From an uncultured virus (IMG/VR IMGVR_UViG_3300020595_000024) (Duplodnaviria > Heunggongvirae > Uroviricota > Caudoviricetes > Crassvirales): a stretch of 64,000 nucleotides of DNA. Each line of letters opens with the position of its first letter. Position 1 is the first letter of the stretch. Of the stretch, positions 37,036 through 47,500 are shown piece by piece. The notes below the pieces were generated by a model. The model saw only the letters and a list, made by a program, of their open reading frames with translations. It was not told the origin of the DNA and searched no databases. A program made the translations under genes and the position numbers. Where the stretch lies: the IMG/VR virus record IMGVR_UViG_3300020595_000024; one strand, given 5' to 3'.

Positions 37036-39385
37036 ATCAGTGAATTTTAACCCTAGTAAGATTACATCTAGGTTAAGAAATTTATCTGACGGACTAAAAG
37101 TGGATGCCGATAAAATGGCAGTGAAAGTAATTTCACAAATGGCTGACGGGATTACCACTGTAGAACTTGATACGCTATGTATTGAGATAGCTGCTAGTAT
37201 GGTTTCTTATCACCCAGATTACAGTAAATTTGCTGCACGTATATTTGTAACACAATTGTGGAAAAGTACACCAGATAGCTTCTCTGAGGCTATGAATAAG
37301 GTACAAGAAACAACAAATGTTTTAGCAGATGAGTTTATGGCTTTTGTGGAGCAAAACAAAGAAGAGCTTGACAATATGGTGATTCGTGCTAGAGATTATG
37401 ACCACGATATATTCGGGTTAAGAACTCTAGAAAAGTCTTATTTGTTAAAAGATCAAGACGAAAATATCATAGAGCGTCCACAATATATGTGGATGAGATG
37501 TGCTATTGAAACTAGTGCTTATGATATGAAGCAAATAGTAGGTGCATATAATTTAATGAGCCAAGGATTCTATACTCATGCTACTCCAACCTTATTTAAT
37601 TCAGGAACAAGATTGTCTCAATTGAGCAGCTGTTTCTTGATAGCAAATAAAGGAGACAGCATAGATGGATTGTTTGACACAATGAAAGATGTTGCTAAGA
37701 TATCTAAATTAGCCGGTGGAATAGGATTACATGTGCATAATGTTAGAGCTAAAGGTAGTCACATTGCAGGAACTAACGGTACAGCTGATGGGTTATTACC
37801 CATGATGAAGACGTACAATGAAGTTGCAAGATGGATTAACCAGGGTGGTAAGCGTAAAGGTAGCTTTGCTATTTATTACGAACCATGGCATGCTGACATT
37901 TATACAATGTTAGACTTAAAGAAGAATACAGGTAAAGAAGAGATGAGAGCTAGAGATTTATTCTATGCTGTCTGGATGAATGATGAGTTTATGGAAAGAG
38001 TAGAGGCTAATCAAGATTGGCATTTATTCTGTCCTAATGTTCTTAAGAAGAATAACATTGTGTTACAAAAGTGTGTTGGAGATAAGTTTAAAGCTGCTTA
38101 CAATGAAGCTGTTGAGAAAGAGCTTTATAGTGAGGTTGTATCTGCAAGGGGGTTATGGGAAAAGATTTTAGAATCTCAAATAGAAACCGGTACTCCATAT
38201 ATAGGATACAAAGACAGAGTAAACAAGTCTTCTAACCAACAGAATCTAGGCGTAATACAATCTAGTAATTTATGTATAGAAATCAATGAGTATTCAGATG
38301 AAAATGAGCAAGCAGTATGTAATTTAGCATCTGTTGCCTTAAACAAGTTTGTGTTTGAGGGTAGAAAAGGAATGAATTTTGATTTTAGATTGTTTAGGAC
38401 TGTAGTGCAACAAGTGATTAGAAACCTTGACAATGTCATTGATGCTAATTACTACCCAACCACAGAGACTGAGACTTCTAACATGAAGCATCGTCCAATT
38501 GGATTAGGTGTACAAGGTCTGGCAGATGTTTTTGCCATGATGAAAATGCCTTTTGACAGCGAAGAAGCTAGAGCTTTGAATAAGCAAATATTTGAACACA
38601 TGTATTACTATGCTTTAGAGGAATCTAACAGACTAGCACTTACTCGTGGTCAGTATAGCACATTCGAAGGTTCACCTTTAAGTCAAGGTCAATTCCAATT
38701 TGATTTGTATGACGAAGAAGTTGAGTTATGCGGAGATTTGGATTGGGAGGATTTACAGAAGAAAGTTGTATATGGTGGAGTAAGAAACAGTCTTATGATT
38801 GCTCTTATGCCAACAGCATCTACTTCTCAAATTCTTGGTAACAACGAATGCTTTGAGCCATTCACTAGTAATTTATACACTAGAGGAACTCTTAGCGGGA
38901 CGTACATTATAAGTAATAAACACTTGGTAAAAGATCTGGAAGAGATTGGAATGTGGACTGAAGAAACTAGAAATGCATTAATGCGTGACAATGGATCTGT
39001 AGTTAACTTACCAATACCTTCAGAGATTAAGCAAAGGTATAAGACTGCTTACGAGATGTCTATGAAAGCTGTAATTAATATGGCAGCTGATAGACAAAGA
39101 TTTGTATGCCAGGCACAGTCAATGAATTTATTCATGCCAGAGGCCAGTATACAAAAACTTACATCTATGCATTTTTATGGATGGAAGCTAGGTCTTAAGA
39201 CAGGTATTTATTACTTACGAACTAAAGCGGCAGTTGATGCTGTTAAGTTTACAGTACAAAAAGAAGAAGTTAAGGTTGAACCTGAAGTACAGGCGGTAGA
39301 CCCTAATGACTTTAGAGCAATGATTGAGCAAGGTAAGAAAGCTCAAGAGGAAGATGATGAGGACTGCATTATGTGCAGCGGATAA
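37010..39385 (+). CDS. nrdA: Class I ribonucleotide reductase alpha subunit with an ATP cone
   Basis: VTKRNG ATP cone, HATPTLFNSG, QLSSCF, SNLCIEI, AVCNLAS, LMPTASTS, YYLR, C-terminal CIMCSG. Confidence 0.96.
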   Translation: MKVTKRNGRSVNFNPSKITSRLRNLSDGLKVDADKMAVKVISQMADGITTVELDTLCIEIAASMVSYHPDYSKFAARIFVTQLWKSTPDSFSEAMNKVQETTNVLADEFMAFVEQNKEELDNMVIRARDYDHDIFGLRTLEKSYLLKDQDENIIERPQYMWMRCAIETSAYDMKQIVGAYNLMSQGFYTHATPTLFNSGTRLSQLSSCFLIANKGDSIDGLFDTMKDVAKISKLAGGIGLHVHNVRAKGSHIAGTNGTADGLLPMMKTYNEVARWINQGGKRKGSFAIYYEPWHADIYTMLDLKKNTGKEEMRARDLFYAVWMNDEFMERVEANQDWHLFCPNVLKKNNIVLQKCVGDKFKAAYNEAVEKELYSEVVSARGLWEKILESQIETGTPYIGYKDRVNKSSNQQNLGVIQSSNLCIEINEYSDENEQAVCNLASVALNKFVFEGRKGMNFDFRLFRTVVQQVIRNLDNVIDANYYPTTETETSNMKHRPIGLGVQGLADVFAMMKMPFDSEEARALNKQIFEHMYYYALEESNRLALTRGQYSTFEGSPLSQGQFQFDLYDEEVELCGDLDWEDLQKKVVYGGVRNSLMIALMPTASTSQILGNNECFEPFTSNLYTRGTLSGTYIISNKHLVKDLEEIGMWTEETRNALMRDNGSVVNLPIPSEIKQRYKTAYEMSMKAVINMAADRQRFVCQAQSMNLFMPEASIQKLTSMHFYGWKLGLKTGIYYLRTKAAVDAVKFTVQKEEVKVEPEVQAVDPNDFRAMIEQGKKAQEEDDEDCIMCSG

Positions 39386-39427
39386 TTAATTAATAACTGT
39401 GCGTTGAGCACAAATAAAAAAACAAAG

Positions 39428-39844
39428 ATGTTTAATATACCAATAAAAAGATTAAAAGGAGTTGAGAAAGGCAGTTTTGTTGTGCTCAACAAAGAGTTAA
39501 AAGGAGATACACATTTTCAAGAACATATTGATTTGATGTATGTTATAAATGGTGATGTACTTAGAAATGGAAAACTTGTAAGAGTTGTTCCTGTTCTTTT
39601 TAATATAGAAGACAATGGATACCAGCACGCATGTATAGATATGATTAGATCTAAAGAAAGTTTTGTATTTGAAAAAGATTCTTTATTACCATATCATGAT
39701 GAGTTGATTAATTTTTCTGATGAAGGAAGTAATCCAAGCATGCATTCTGATGTTACAGTATGGAGAGTAAGGAATATGCTTGAGTACGTTAACAGAGAGT
39801 ATGAACTTGACATAAAGACTTGTCCAAGCTTATTAAATGACTAA
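39428..39844 (+). CDS. Hypothetical protein; ATG start chosen at MFNIPIK
   Basis: ORF after nrdA; no ferritin-like ExxH pairs. Confidence 0.65.
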   Translation: MFNIPIKRLKGVEKGSFVVLNKELKGDTHFQEHIDLMYVINGDVLRNGKLVRVVPVLFNIEDNGYQHACIDMIRSKESFVFEKDSLLPYHDELINFSDEGSNPSMHSDVTVWRVRNMLEYVNREYELDIKTCPSLLND

Positions 39845-39883
39845 TGGGCAGGCAAATCACATTAACAGAAATGATATCCGAGT

Positions 39884-40213
39884 GTGAGAAAGAAGAAAGA
39901 AGTAGAGGAGAGGATAGCCCAGAGAGAGAAAGAGAAGGAGATAGAGAAGAGGTACACGGAGCCAAATATTGTTGCTAGAACATTTTGTTTTAGTCACAAG
40001 TTGACCGTGTATCCTTCAATGCAGGTTGGAACCGGTATGATGAAAGTATTTATACAGCATCATGACAAGTTTAAACCTGTGAAGGAGAGATTGTATGACT
40101 CGATGGACAAGAAAGAAATGATGGAAATGTATGCTCTTATAGATTACAAGTATGAAGAATTCTATGAAAAGCACAAAGAAAAAGGAATGGGTAATTTTAC
40201 CCCTAATTATTAA
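39884..40213 (+). CDS. Hypothetical protein (109 aa)
   Basis: ORF in the operon. Confidence 0.6.
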   Translation: MRKKKEVEERIAQREKEKEIEKRYTEPNIVARTFCFSHKLTVYPSMQVGTGMMKVFIQHHDKFKPVKERLYDSMDKKEMMEMYALIDYKYEEFYEKHKEKGMGNFTPNY

Positions 40214-40231
40214 TTTTAAAAACTAAGAAAG

Positions 40232-40411
40232 ATGGCAAGAAAAGCAATCGCAAAAGGAATTGTACAATTAGGTAACGGGACATTTGAGGCTCGAGTTAAG
40301 TATCAAGGTACAAGCAAAAGAAGTACATTACACAGCATGTATGTAGGAGTGTTTAGCACAGTAGACAAAGCAATAGCCGCAAGGTACAAGTTTATCGCAA
40401 ACATGTTTTAA
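40232..40411 (+). CDS. Small AP2-like DNA-binding domain protein (59 aa)
   Basis: Read by hand: GIVQLGNGTFEARVKYQG...MYVGVFSTVDKAIAAR follows the AP2 three-strand-plus-helix pattern. Confidence 0.6.
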   Translation: MARKAIAKGIVQLGNGTFEARVKYQGTSKRSTLHSMYVGVFSTVDKAIAARYKFIANMF

Positions 40412-40412
40412 T

Positions 40413-40459
40413 AAAAAAAAGGGAGTTTAACTTAATGTTAGCTCCCTTTATTTTTTTTT
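40413..40459. terminator. Bidirectional intrinsic terminator between the convergent blocks
   Basis: A run, GGGAG...CTCCC stem, T run. Confidence 0.75.
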
Positions 40460-40489
40460 AGACTTTCCTGTAATTTTTTTTAGACTTTC

Positions 40490-43400
40490 CTAATCCATTA
40501 CCTGTAGGAATCTAAGCGATGCTTTGAAATCTTTTTCAGATTGAGAACCTATTGGCAGTGCCTTTAAGAACTTAACCCAAAGTTTATTTCTACCTTTGTT
40601 GACACCAACCTTGTAATCCTCTGTAGGAGAAAAAGACTGACCCATTAGCTTAGTTATTTTGTCTGTAAAATTTATAGCTGCTGAAGGACTCTTTATAATC
40701 TTAAGTGCTTCTGCAGGGTTAGAGTAGAATGAAAGCTCGGCTAGTTCTCTTCTTAAGTAGAATCTGGCCAAAAGAGTATCATCATCCGGATCATCATCCA
40801 TTCCTCCCATTGCTGCGTAAGCAAGAAGTATAGTCACCATCATTCCCATTTCAGCTAAGAATCTTTTAGCATTAGCCTTTTCGTGAGTAGTCATATTTTT
40901 AAAGTCTGACTTAACTAACTCTATGTTGAATGATTTCATTGCAGGCATTATAGAATTCTTTATGAATCTTACAGCTGTTACGTAGTAACCTTCTTGATAA
41001 GACTTAAGGTCTTCTGAGTAAAATCTATCAGCTTCTGTTAATTCTTCTGAAGACTTTAATGCACTTTGTAATCCTCTGTATCTTCTTAACGTAGTAGATT
41101 CCATCCATTTCTTAAGAAAGAAAAGTAATTTACCCCACCACTCACGTTGAGCAGCTGATTGTATTTCCGGATCGTAGTTACCATGCAAGTCAATTATCTT
41201 TTTCTTTACAAGGTTTCTTGTCTCAAGTAATATGTCCCCGTGAGATGCACTAGGAGAGAATGTTGTTCCTCCGACCCAGTCAGGCATCTTGGCACGTATG
41301 TCACTAGAACCTTCTTTGTGAAACTCAATAACTTCATCTAAAGAAACAGCGTCTTTTCTATCTTTTACTATCTTACCTTCAGCATTTAAGAAGTTACCAT
41401 CTTTGTCAAGTACTTTTATGTTGTTCATTACTGCATACATAACTTTTGACTGCATCATGTGCTCTCCACCTTGTGCGATTGGTCTAAGTGAGTGCATACT
41501 AAACAAAGCCTTCACCCTGTTGTTGTCTTCGAACCCATGGTCTAAAGCTTGTGAAGAACCTAACGTAGAAAACAAATTGTTAAATAAGTTAGTTCTAGAT
41601 GTAGCTACATTTGACCCCATGTCGTCCATAAGACCTTTAGTGTCTGACCAGTATTTAACACCTGCTTTTTTCCAATCTTTCATTGTGTAAGTTTCTCCAC
41701 CAAAAGCTTCTATCAAGTTGTTTACCGTACCTGTAGTAGCATTGACAATAGAGTTCATAAAGTTACCAATCAAAGAAACTGAACCAGCATACTTAAGAAC
41801 TGTTGACGTAGCCTTCTGTACATTTACTCCGGCTACTTCTCCCGCATCTTTAGATTTGATTCCGTATAATCTGTTCTCTGCCATGTCAAGTAGCTTAGCT
41901 ACATCATTAGGTAGTTCTGACTTAGACTTAAACAATCTAATGTCTTTTATATCAGAGAAAGAGTGTATTGCAGACTTACCAGACTTTGTTTGTGGATTAA
42001 GTCTGTTTGTCATAACATCAGCCATAACAAGTATCTGCATTTCTAATTGCTTCTTTTCTTTATGGTTTTTTGCAGCCTCTAAATTAAGTAGCAATATAGT
42101 GTGTATGTCAAGACTTTGTTCACCTTGAGGCAGTTTGGATCTGTATCTCAAAGGAATCTTGTGCATTTCCTTGTTATTGATATCTGCAAGAACCTTTATG
42201 GTTTCATTTCTATCTGCAGCTGCTGTTCCCCCAAGGTCATACTCATCTTCTTTCTTCTGAAATGCATCTCTAACTTTATCTATAGCAGCATTTTTCATGT
42301 CTCCGGCAATAACTCTAGACATTGTTGTTCTAGTTACACCAGGAAGTCTTAACCATTCTTGGGACGCACCTCTTTCAATAAGAGATTCTTCTCCCTGAGA
42401 TAGCTCGTCTGCCTCTTTTATGTATCCTTTAAATATTTCTAACTGCTTAAACTCTTCTTCAGTAAGTTTGTCGTACTCTTTGTTAAGCCATTTATCAGCA
42501 GGTACAGTTCTTGTTCCTTTAGTAGTTTGTATTACTTTCTGGTTAACTTTCTTCCAGTCTTTCATTTGTTGTCTAGCGATAAGGGTGGCAACAGGAAGTT
42601 GGTATGGTGCATTACCTACCATGTAAGTTGCAAACATTCCTTTAACTTTTACTTTTTCTCCGTTAGGACCTTTAAGTAATTGAGGTGCCTCATTACCTTC
42701 AACAAAATATATATTGTTTGCTGCAACTTCTACCTTACCATACTTTTCTTCAGATAAATCTCTGTCGTTAGCATCTCTTTCTAAGGCCTGTAATTCTTTA
42801 AGATATTCTACTTGGTACTTTGTTATAAAATAAGACCCATCTTCAGTTTGTTCTACAAACTTTTTATACATGTCTTCTCTATTTATTTCACCACCATGGT
42901 ACTCTACGAATTTATCGTAGTGAGCTTTCATTTGGTTAGCACGATTCTTTGAGTAGTCTGCTGTTTCCATGTCAGCTCTGTCAAACATTTTAGATGCAAC
43001 CTGAATTTCTCCTGAAGATAAATTCTTTTCTGTAACAAGTGACGCCATAAAATTACCTATGTCACCTGGAGATTCTTCTGCTTGTTTAAGGTATGTGTCG
43101 TACGCTTGCTTTTTTATTGCTTCAGCATTCTCTCTCATTTTCTTTTCTACCCAAGGAATCTTTGCTTCATTTGGCTTTATGGTATCATACTGTCTGCCAA
43201 ACTTATTTCTCCACTCAACAAGATGTTGGTTAGAACCTTCTACCATAATCTCTGCAAACATAGCTCTTTCTACATTAAGAATCTTTGCATCAATCTTAGT
43301 CTTAAGTCCATTCATATCAGCTATTCCACTGTCAACAAGTTCTTTGTGTACTAAAAGATAGTCTTCGCTAAATCCGTCCTTACTTACATCTTCAGCAATA

Positions 43401-44509
43401 GTCTGAACTTCTTTAAGAGTTTCAAAGATATCATTTCTATTCTTGTATGCTCTAATTAATTCAGGAGTAATATTTGTTGTAGGGTCGTCCAATGCATTTT
43501 GTAGACTAGCATCTAATGCAGCAAGTCTTTGCTCTCCCCACTGAACAAACTTTAGTATTGTAATAAGTTTGTCTGTGTCATTAAGTTTTTCTAAATCTTT
43601 TGGATCAACTTCAGTTTCTTTCATCAATGTGTGTAATCCTGTAGAGTAATTAATTACACCGGATCTAATCTCATTGTTTCTTTTTTGTCTGTCTCTGAAG
43701 TTTTTAGGCTCGTCAAGTTTGTGTGCGTTAAAAATCCTTGTAGTAATTTGTTCATACAAAGAGTCCAAAGAAGATATTTCTTTTTCCAGCTCATTCATTT
43801 CTTCGCTTTTATTTGCAAATCTTTCTTCTTGCTGGTAGTCTGATATAGTTCTGTCGCTAATGTCTTTAGATACCTGATCAGATATAAGTTCTTTTGTAAG
43901 TGCAAGTACTTCATCTCTGTTTAGACCAAAGGTTCTGTTCATGAAATCTAAGAACCACTCTTTAAATGCATTCCATTTACTTTTGTCCATTTCAGATTCA
44001 AATATTTCAGCACCGGTGTTTCCTATAGCAGTAGTTACAACCTCCTTAATAAACTGTTCACTGTCTTCTTTGTACTCAGGATAGTTTTCTTTAACCTGAT
44101 TAAAGACTGCAGTTCCTCTTAGTTGATCGTAAGCTCTTTGCACTCTAGCATTTTTGTGTCCACCAGGAAGAGAGTCAACGAATATATGGCCAAACTCATG
44201 AATGGCTGTAGACTTGAATATCCTGTCAGGATTAATCAATATCACAGGCTTTCCAGCTTTAATTGTCTTTGGGTCGGAAGCAGCTAGTACTCTCGAAGAT
44301 TCTACTTCATAATCAAGCACAACTTCTACATCCATCTTCTTCTGAAGATGCTTTACCTTCTGTTGAAAATTATACAGAGCTTCTCTTTTATTAGTTCCTC
44401 TTTGTTCTTGTGCAACATATTTATTTGCAATTGCCTTATCAGCAGCAAGAGTGTTAATTAACTCTTGCTCGCTAAGGTCTTTTCCTTTATAATTATAAGT
44501 ACAACTCAT
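40490..44509 (-). CDS. Large virion ejection protein with an N-terminal zincin-like motif (1339 aa)
   Basis: AIHEFGH (HExxH); follows the virion RNAP, as in the crAss-like large-gene triad. Confidence 0.75.
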   Translation of the reverse strand: MSCTYNYKGKDLSEQELINTLAADKAIANKYVAQEQRGTNKREALYNFQQKVKHLQKKMDVEVVLDYEVESSRVLAASDPKTIKAGKPVILINPDRIFKSTAIHEFGHIFVDSLPGGHKNARVQRAYDQLRGTAVFNQVKENYPEYKEDSEQFIKEVVTTAIGNTGAEIFESEMDKSKWNAFKEWFLDFMNRTFGLNRDEVLALTKELISDQVSKDISDRTISDYQQEERFANKSEEMNELEKEISSLDSLYEQITTRIFNAHKLDEPKNFRDRQKRNNEIRSGVINYSTGLHTLMKETEVDPKDLEKLNDTDKLITILKFVQWGEQRLAALDASLQNALDDPTTNITPELIRAYKNRNDIFETLKEVQTIAEDVSKDGFSEDYLLVHKELVDSGIADMNGLKTKIDAKILNVERAMFAEIMVEGSNQHLVEWRNKFGRQYDTIKPNEAKIPWVEKKMRENAEAIKKQAYDTYLKQAEESPGDIGNFMASLVTEKNLSSGEIQVASKMFDRADMETADYSKNRANQMKAHYDKFVEYHGGEINREDMYKKFVEQTEDGSYFITKYQVEYLKELQALERDANDRDLSEEKYGKVEVAANNIYFVEGNEAPQLLKGPNGEKVKVKGMFATYMVGNAPYQLPVATLIARQQMKDWKKVNQKVIQTTKGTRTVPADKWLNKEYDKLTEEEFKQLEIFKGYIKEADELSQGEESLIERGASQEWLRLPGVTRTTMSRVIAGDMKNAAIDKVRDAFQKKEDEYDLGGTAAADRNETIKVLADINNKEMHKIPLRYRSKLPQGEQSLDIHTILLLNLEAAKNHKEKKQLEMQILVMADVMTNRLNPQTKSGKSAIHSFSDIKDIRLFKSKSELPNDVAKLLDMAENRLYGIKSKDAGEVAGVNVQKATSTVLKYAGSVSLIGNFMNSIVNATTGTVNNLIEAFGGETYTMKDWKKAGVKYWSDTKGLMDDMGSNVATSRTNLFNNLFSTLGSSQALDHGFEDNNRVKALFSMHSLRPIAQGGEHMMQSKVMYAVMNNIKVLDKDGNFLNAEGKIVKDRKDAVSLDEVIEFHKEGSSDIRAKMPDWVGGTTFSPSASHGDILLETRNLVKKKIIDLHGNYDPEIQSAAQREWWGKLLFFLKKWMESTTLRRYRGLQSALKSSEELTEADRFYSEDLKSYQEGYYVTAVRFIKNSIMPAMKSFNIELVKSDFKNMTTHEKANAKRFLAEMGMMVTILLAYAAMGGMDDDPDDDTLLARFYLRRELAELSFYSNPAEALKIIKSPSAAINFTDKITKLMGQSFSPTEDYKVGVNKGRNKLWVKFLKALPIGSQSEKDFKASLRFLQVMD

Positions 44510-47500
44510 TATCCGTTACATGTTATGTCGTTATCATTTGCTATTTCATCTATGTTATTTGAAATGGCATCTATATTTCCTTTTGGAATATACTGAATTC
44601 CTGTGTTTAAATCTACGCTTTCTATAAATACTTCTCCACTTTCATTGTTAATAGCGTCATAAAGATTATTTACATTGTTTATGTTCCAAGCTACAGACTG
44701 TGGCATACCTTCTCTTTTTCCTGTATCGTTGTTATAGAATGCACTAAACTTTGTAGAACCAGTAAAGAATGTTGATGGTATTTCTCCAGTTCTTTTTAAG
44801 TAGTCTCTATAAGCTTTAACATCTTCTTTGTTTATGATTGTTTCTCCTTTTGATAGCTCTACCTCTCTACCACTAGACGTATTGTCCATTGTAAGGGCAG
44901 CAGGTATAAGTTGAGGATTAGCCATTGCTTTTTCAAGAATACCATTAATCATTTTATTCATGTTAGCTGGTACGTTGTTGCTAGGTATCTGAGAATTCTC
45001 AGTCTTAGTTCCGTAATTCCACTCCACTACGTTACCTTTTCTTGATCTTTTACCTAGCTTATGTGTTCTAACATATAAAGGTCTGTAGACTGCAGTGTCT
45101 TTATTATTTTTGTCCTTAACAGTAACTAGTTCGTTACCTACGTATTTGTAGAATGCTTCATTCATCAATGGTTCACTAGTCTCTTCGTCAAATACAGGGA
45201 ATCCTTGGTCATCTTTTACTTCATCTATTATAGTAACAAATTCAGGGTAGGTTTTAAGCCCATCAATGTTTTGTCCTGTAGACAAAGCATCGTTAGTCAT
45301 GTCAGTCTTATAATGAAATGCTGTTGTTTTAGGAATTCCACCAGGTAACGCTTCAGCTACTCCAAAGCTAACTCTAGGAACAACCTTTGCATTTTCCCAG
45401 TTGTGTCTAAAGTATTGTTCTCTAAAGTTAGAGTCCATATCAGCATCTCTTGTCTGAAAAGCTATTTTCTTAAAGTCTTTACCAACACCTTCTGCTTTTA
45501 ATATTTCATGAGGTATGTGTGCAAAGAACTGACCAAGACCACTTTTAAATCCTGTACCAGAGTACGCGTATCTAACTAGGTTTCTTGCTAATGTTTTTGT
45601 TTCAGGATTTCTATATAGTTCATTCCATGATCTGTAGATTTTATTTTTATACACAGCAGGTTTGTTAGCTGAATCTATTGTCATAAAATTATATTGACCA
45701 TCTTTGTTTACGATAATTTCTTTTATTAAGAAGTTTTTGCTGTAAGGCTCTCCCTTCTTTTTCATATTCATAATCTGATTGCCTAGATCCGTAAACAATC
45801 CAGGAATATTTGTAGTGTTTACAGAAAGCAATTCTGTTCCAGACATTGCATAAGAGTAATAAGAACTATCTAAATCTTTTGCTAAGTCTATACTTGTAAT
45901 TCTTTCTCCTCTACCCATCCTGTTAGAGATTGAGTTAAATGTATTCTCAAGAGCCCTAGTTGCAGATATAGACAAAGCACTGTTGTTTAGAACTTCTCCA
46001 ACAAAGTCAACAGCATTATCATGGTAAGTACCATTCATTGTGCCATCAAACTTTGCCTCGTATCCTTGTATTTTTCCACTAGCTAGTACTTGTTCTTTTC
46101 TGTTTTGGATAATCAATCTTTCTGCGAATGATGTTCCACCTCCTTTTGTGTCAGACTTAGCTGCAATAACAGATGCTGAAAAAGCTTTTGAATAAGACAT
46201 AAGCCCTTCGAAAACATTTAACACCATATCTTGAGCTGCGGCATTTTGTCCTGTTCTTTTTGCAGTAATTTGACGCTCTAAGAAATCTTTACTTTTTAAG
46301 TCTGAGGCTTTAGAATCATTTAAACTTGCTTCAAATTTCTTAGCACCGTACTTCTGCCTAACTACTTCAAAGGCATCTAAAGTTTTACCACTCTTGTCTC
46401 TAACTCTTTCGGAAGTAATACCTTCCATTTTTTCCATTTCTTTTACTAAGTCTATAAGAATTGGTTGTCCCATAAATCTATTAACCCACTCAACACTAAC
46501 ACCTGCTCTTAAAAGCATAAATGTCATGTTAGCTGTAACAGAATTATGATTACCTCTAGATACATAAGGGTCTTTTGCGATATCAACGTACGCGTTAAGG
46601 AACGCAGACAATGAATCTGCAATAGATCTAGTGCCGTCCTTATCCATTATTTCATCAAACTTAGTAACTCCTTCTTCGCTTATGTGTCCAATACCTATAT
46701 AAGTATCTAATGTTATGTTTAGACTCTGGTTTAATACGTGGTCAACTAACATGTTTGCTGTTTGTCCCACACCAGCTTTACCTGATACATAATCAAATTT
46801 GATATCTATCTGTGATGTAGGAGAAAAGATCTGTAAATCATCATAAGTTGGAGGAGGAAACAATCCGTTAATGTCATCCTTAAGATAGTCTGAATCAATA
46901 GATCGCATCATGTCGTCATAAGTAGCAGGGCTAGTAAGAACTGACCAGTATAATTCTACAAGTCTATTCTGTATAGCAGCCTTAGAAGATTGATTAGGAC
47001 TAATTTTTTGCACCACTCCATTTCTTAATTCAAGATTGTGCATCATTACAAACATCTTATCAATATCAAAGTCACTACCAGTTTTTCCTGGTATAGCATC
47101 GTATCCTATAATAGCATCTCCCATTGAATCAGGAAGTATTCCTACAATTTCAACAGCATCATTAGATGACATCCCTTGGTTTGGTATACGATAAGTAATC
47201 ATCTCTAAAGCAGAAGGGTCTATCATGGCCATTAATTCTTCAGAAGTCATCTTGTCGAAATTAATTTTGCCATCTAAGCCTTTTAGCATTGTCTTCAAAG
47301 CACTGTAAGGTATGAACACTTGTCCAGGCTTAACAACACCATTCTCTTTTCTTGGTGGTTTAAGTCCTCTAATAGGATCATAATTTTTAGAAACTATTTT
47401 TATACCAGACTTATCGGTAACATCTCTATCTAATCCAAAGTTACTAACCTGAATAAAAGATGCACCGTTAGTTTTTATTTTAGTCATTTCTTTGTTCATC

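Noticed and set aside
39428..40213. ORFs after nrdA as NrdB or a glutaredoxin
   Set aside because: Too short for NrdB and lacking its ExxH pairs; no CxxC redoxin motif.
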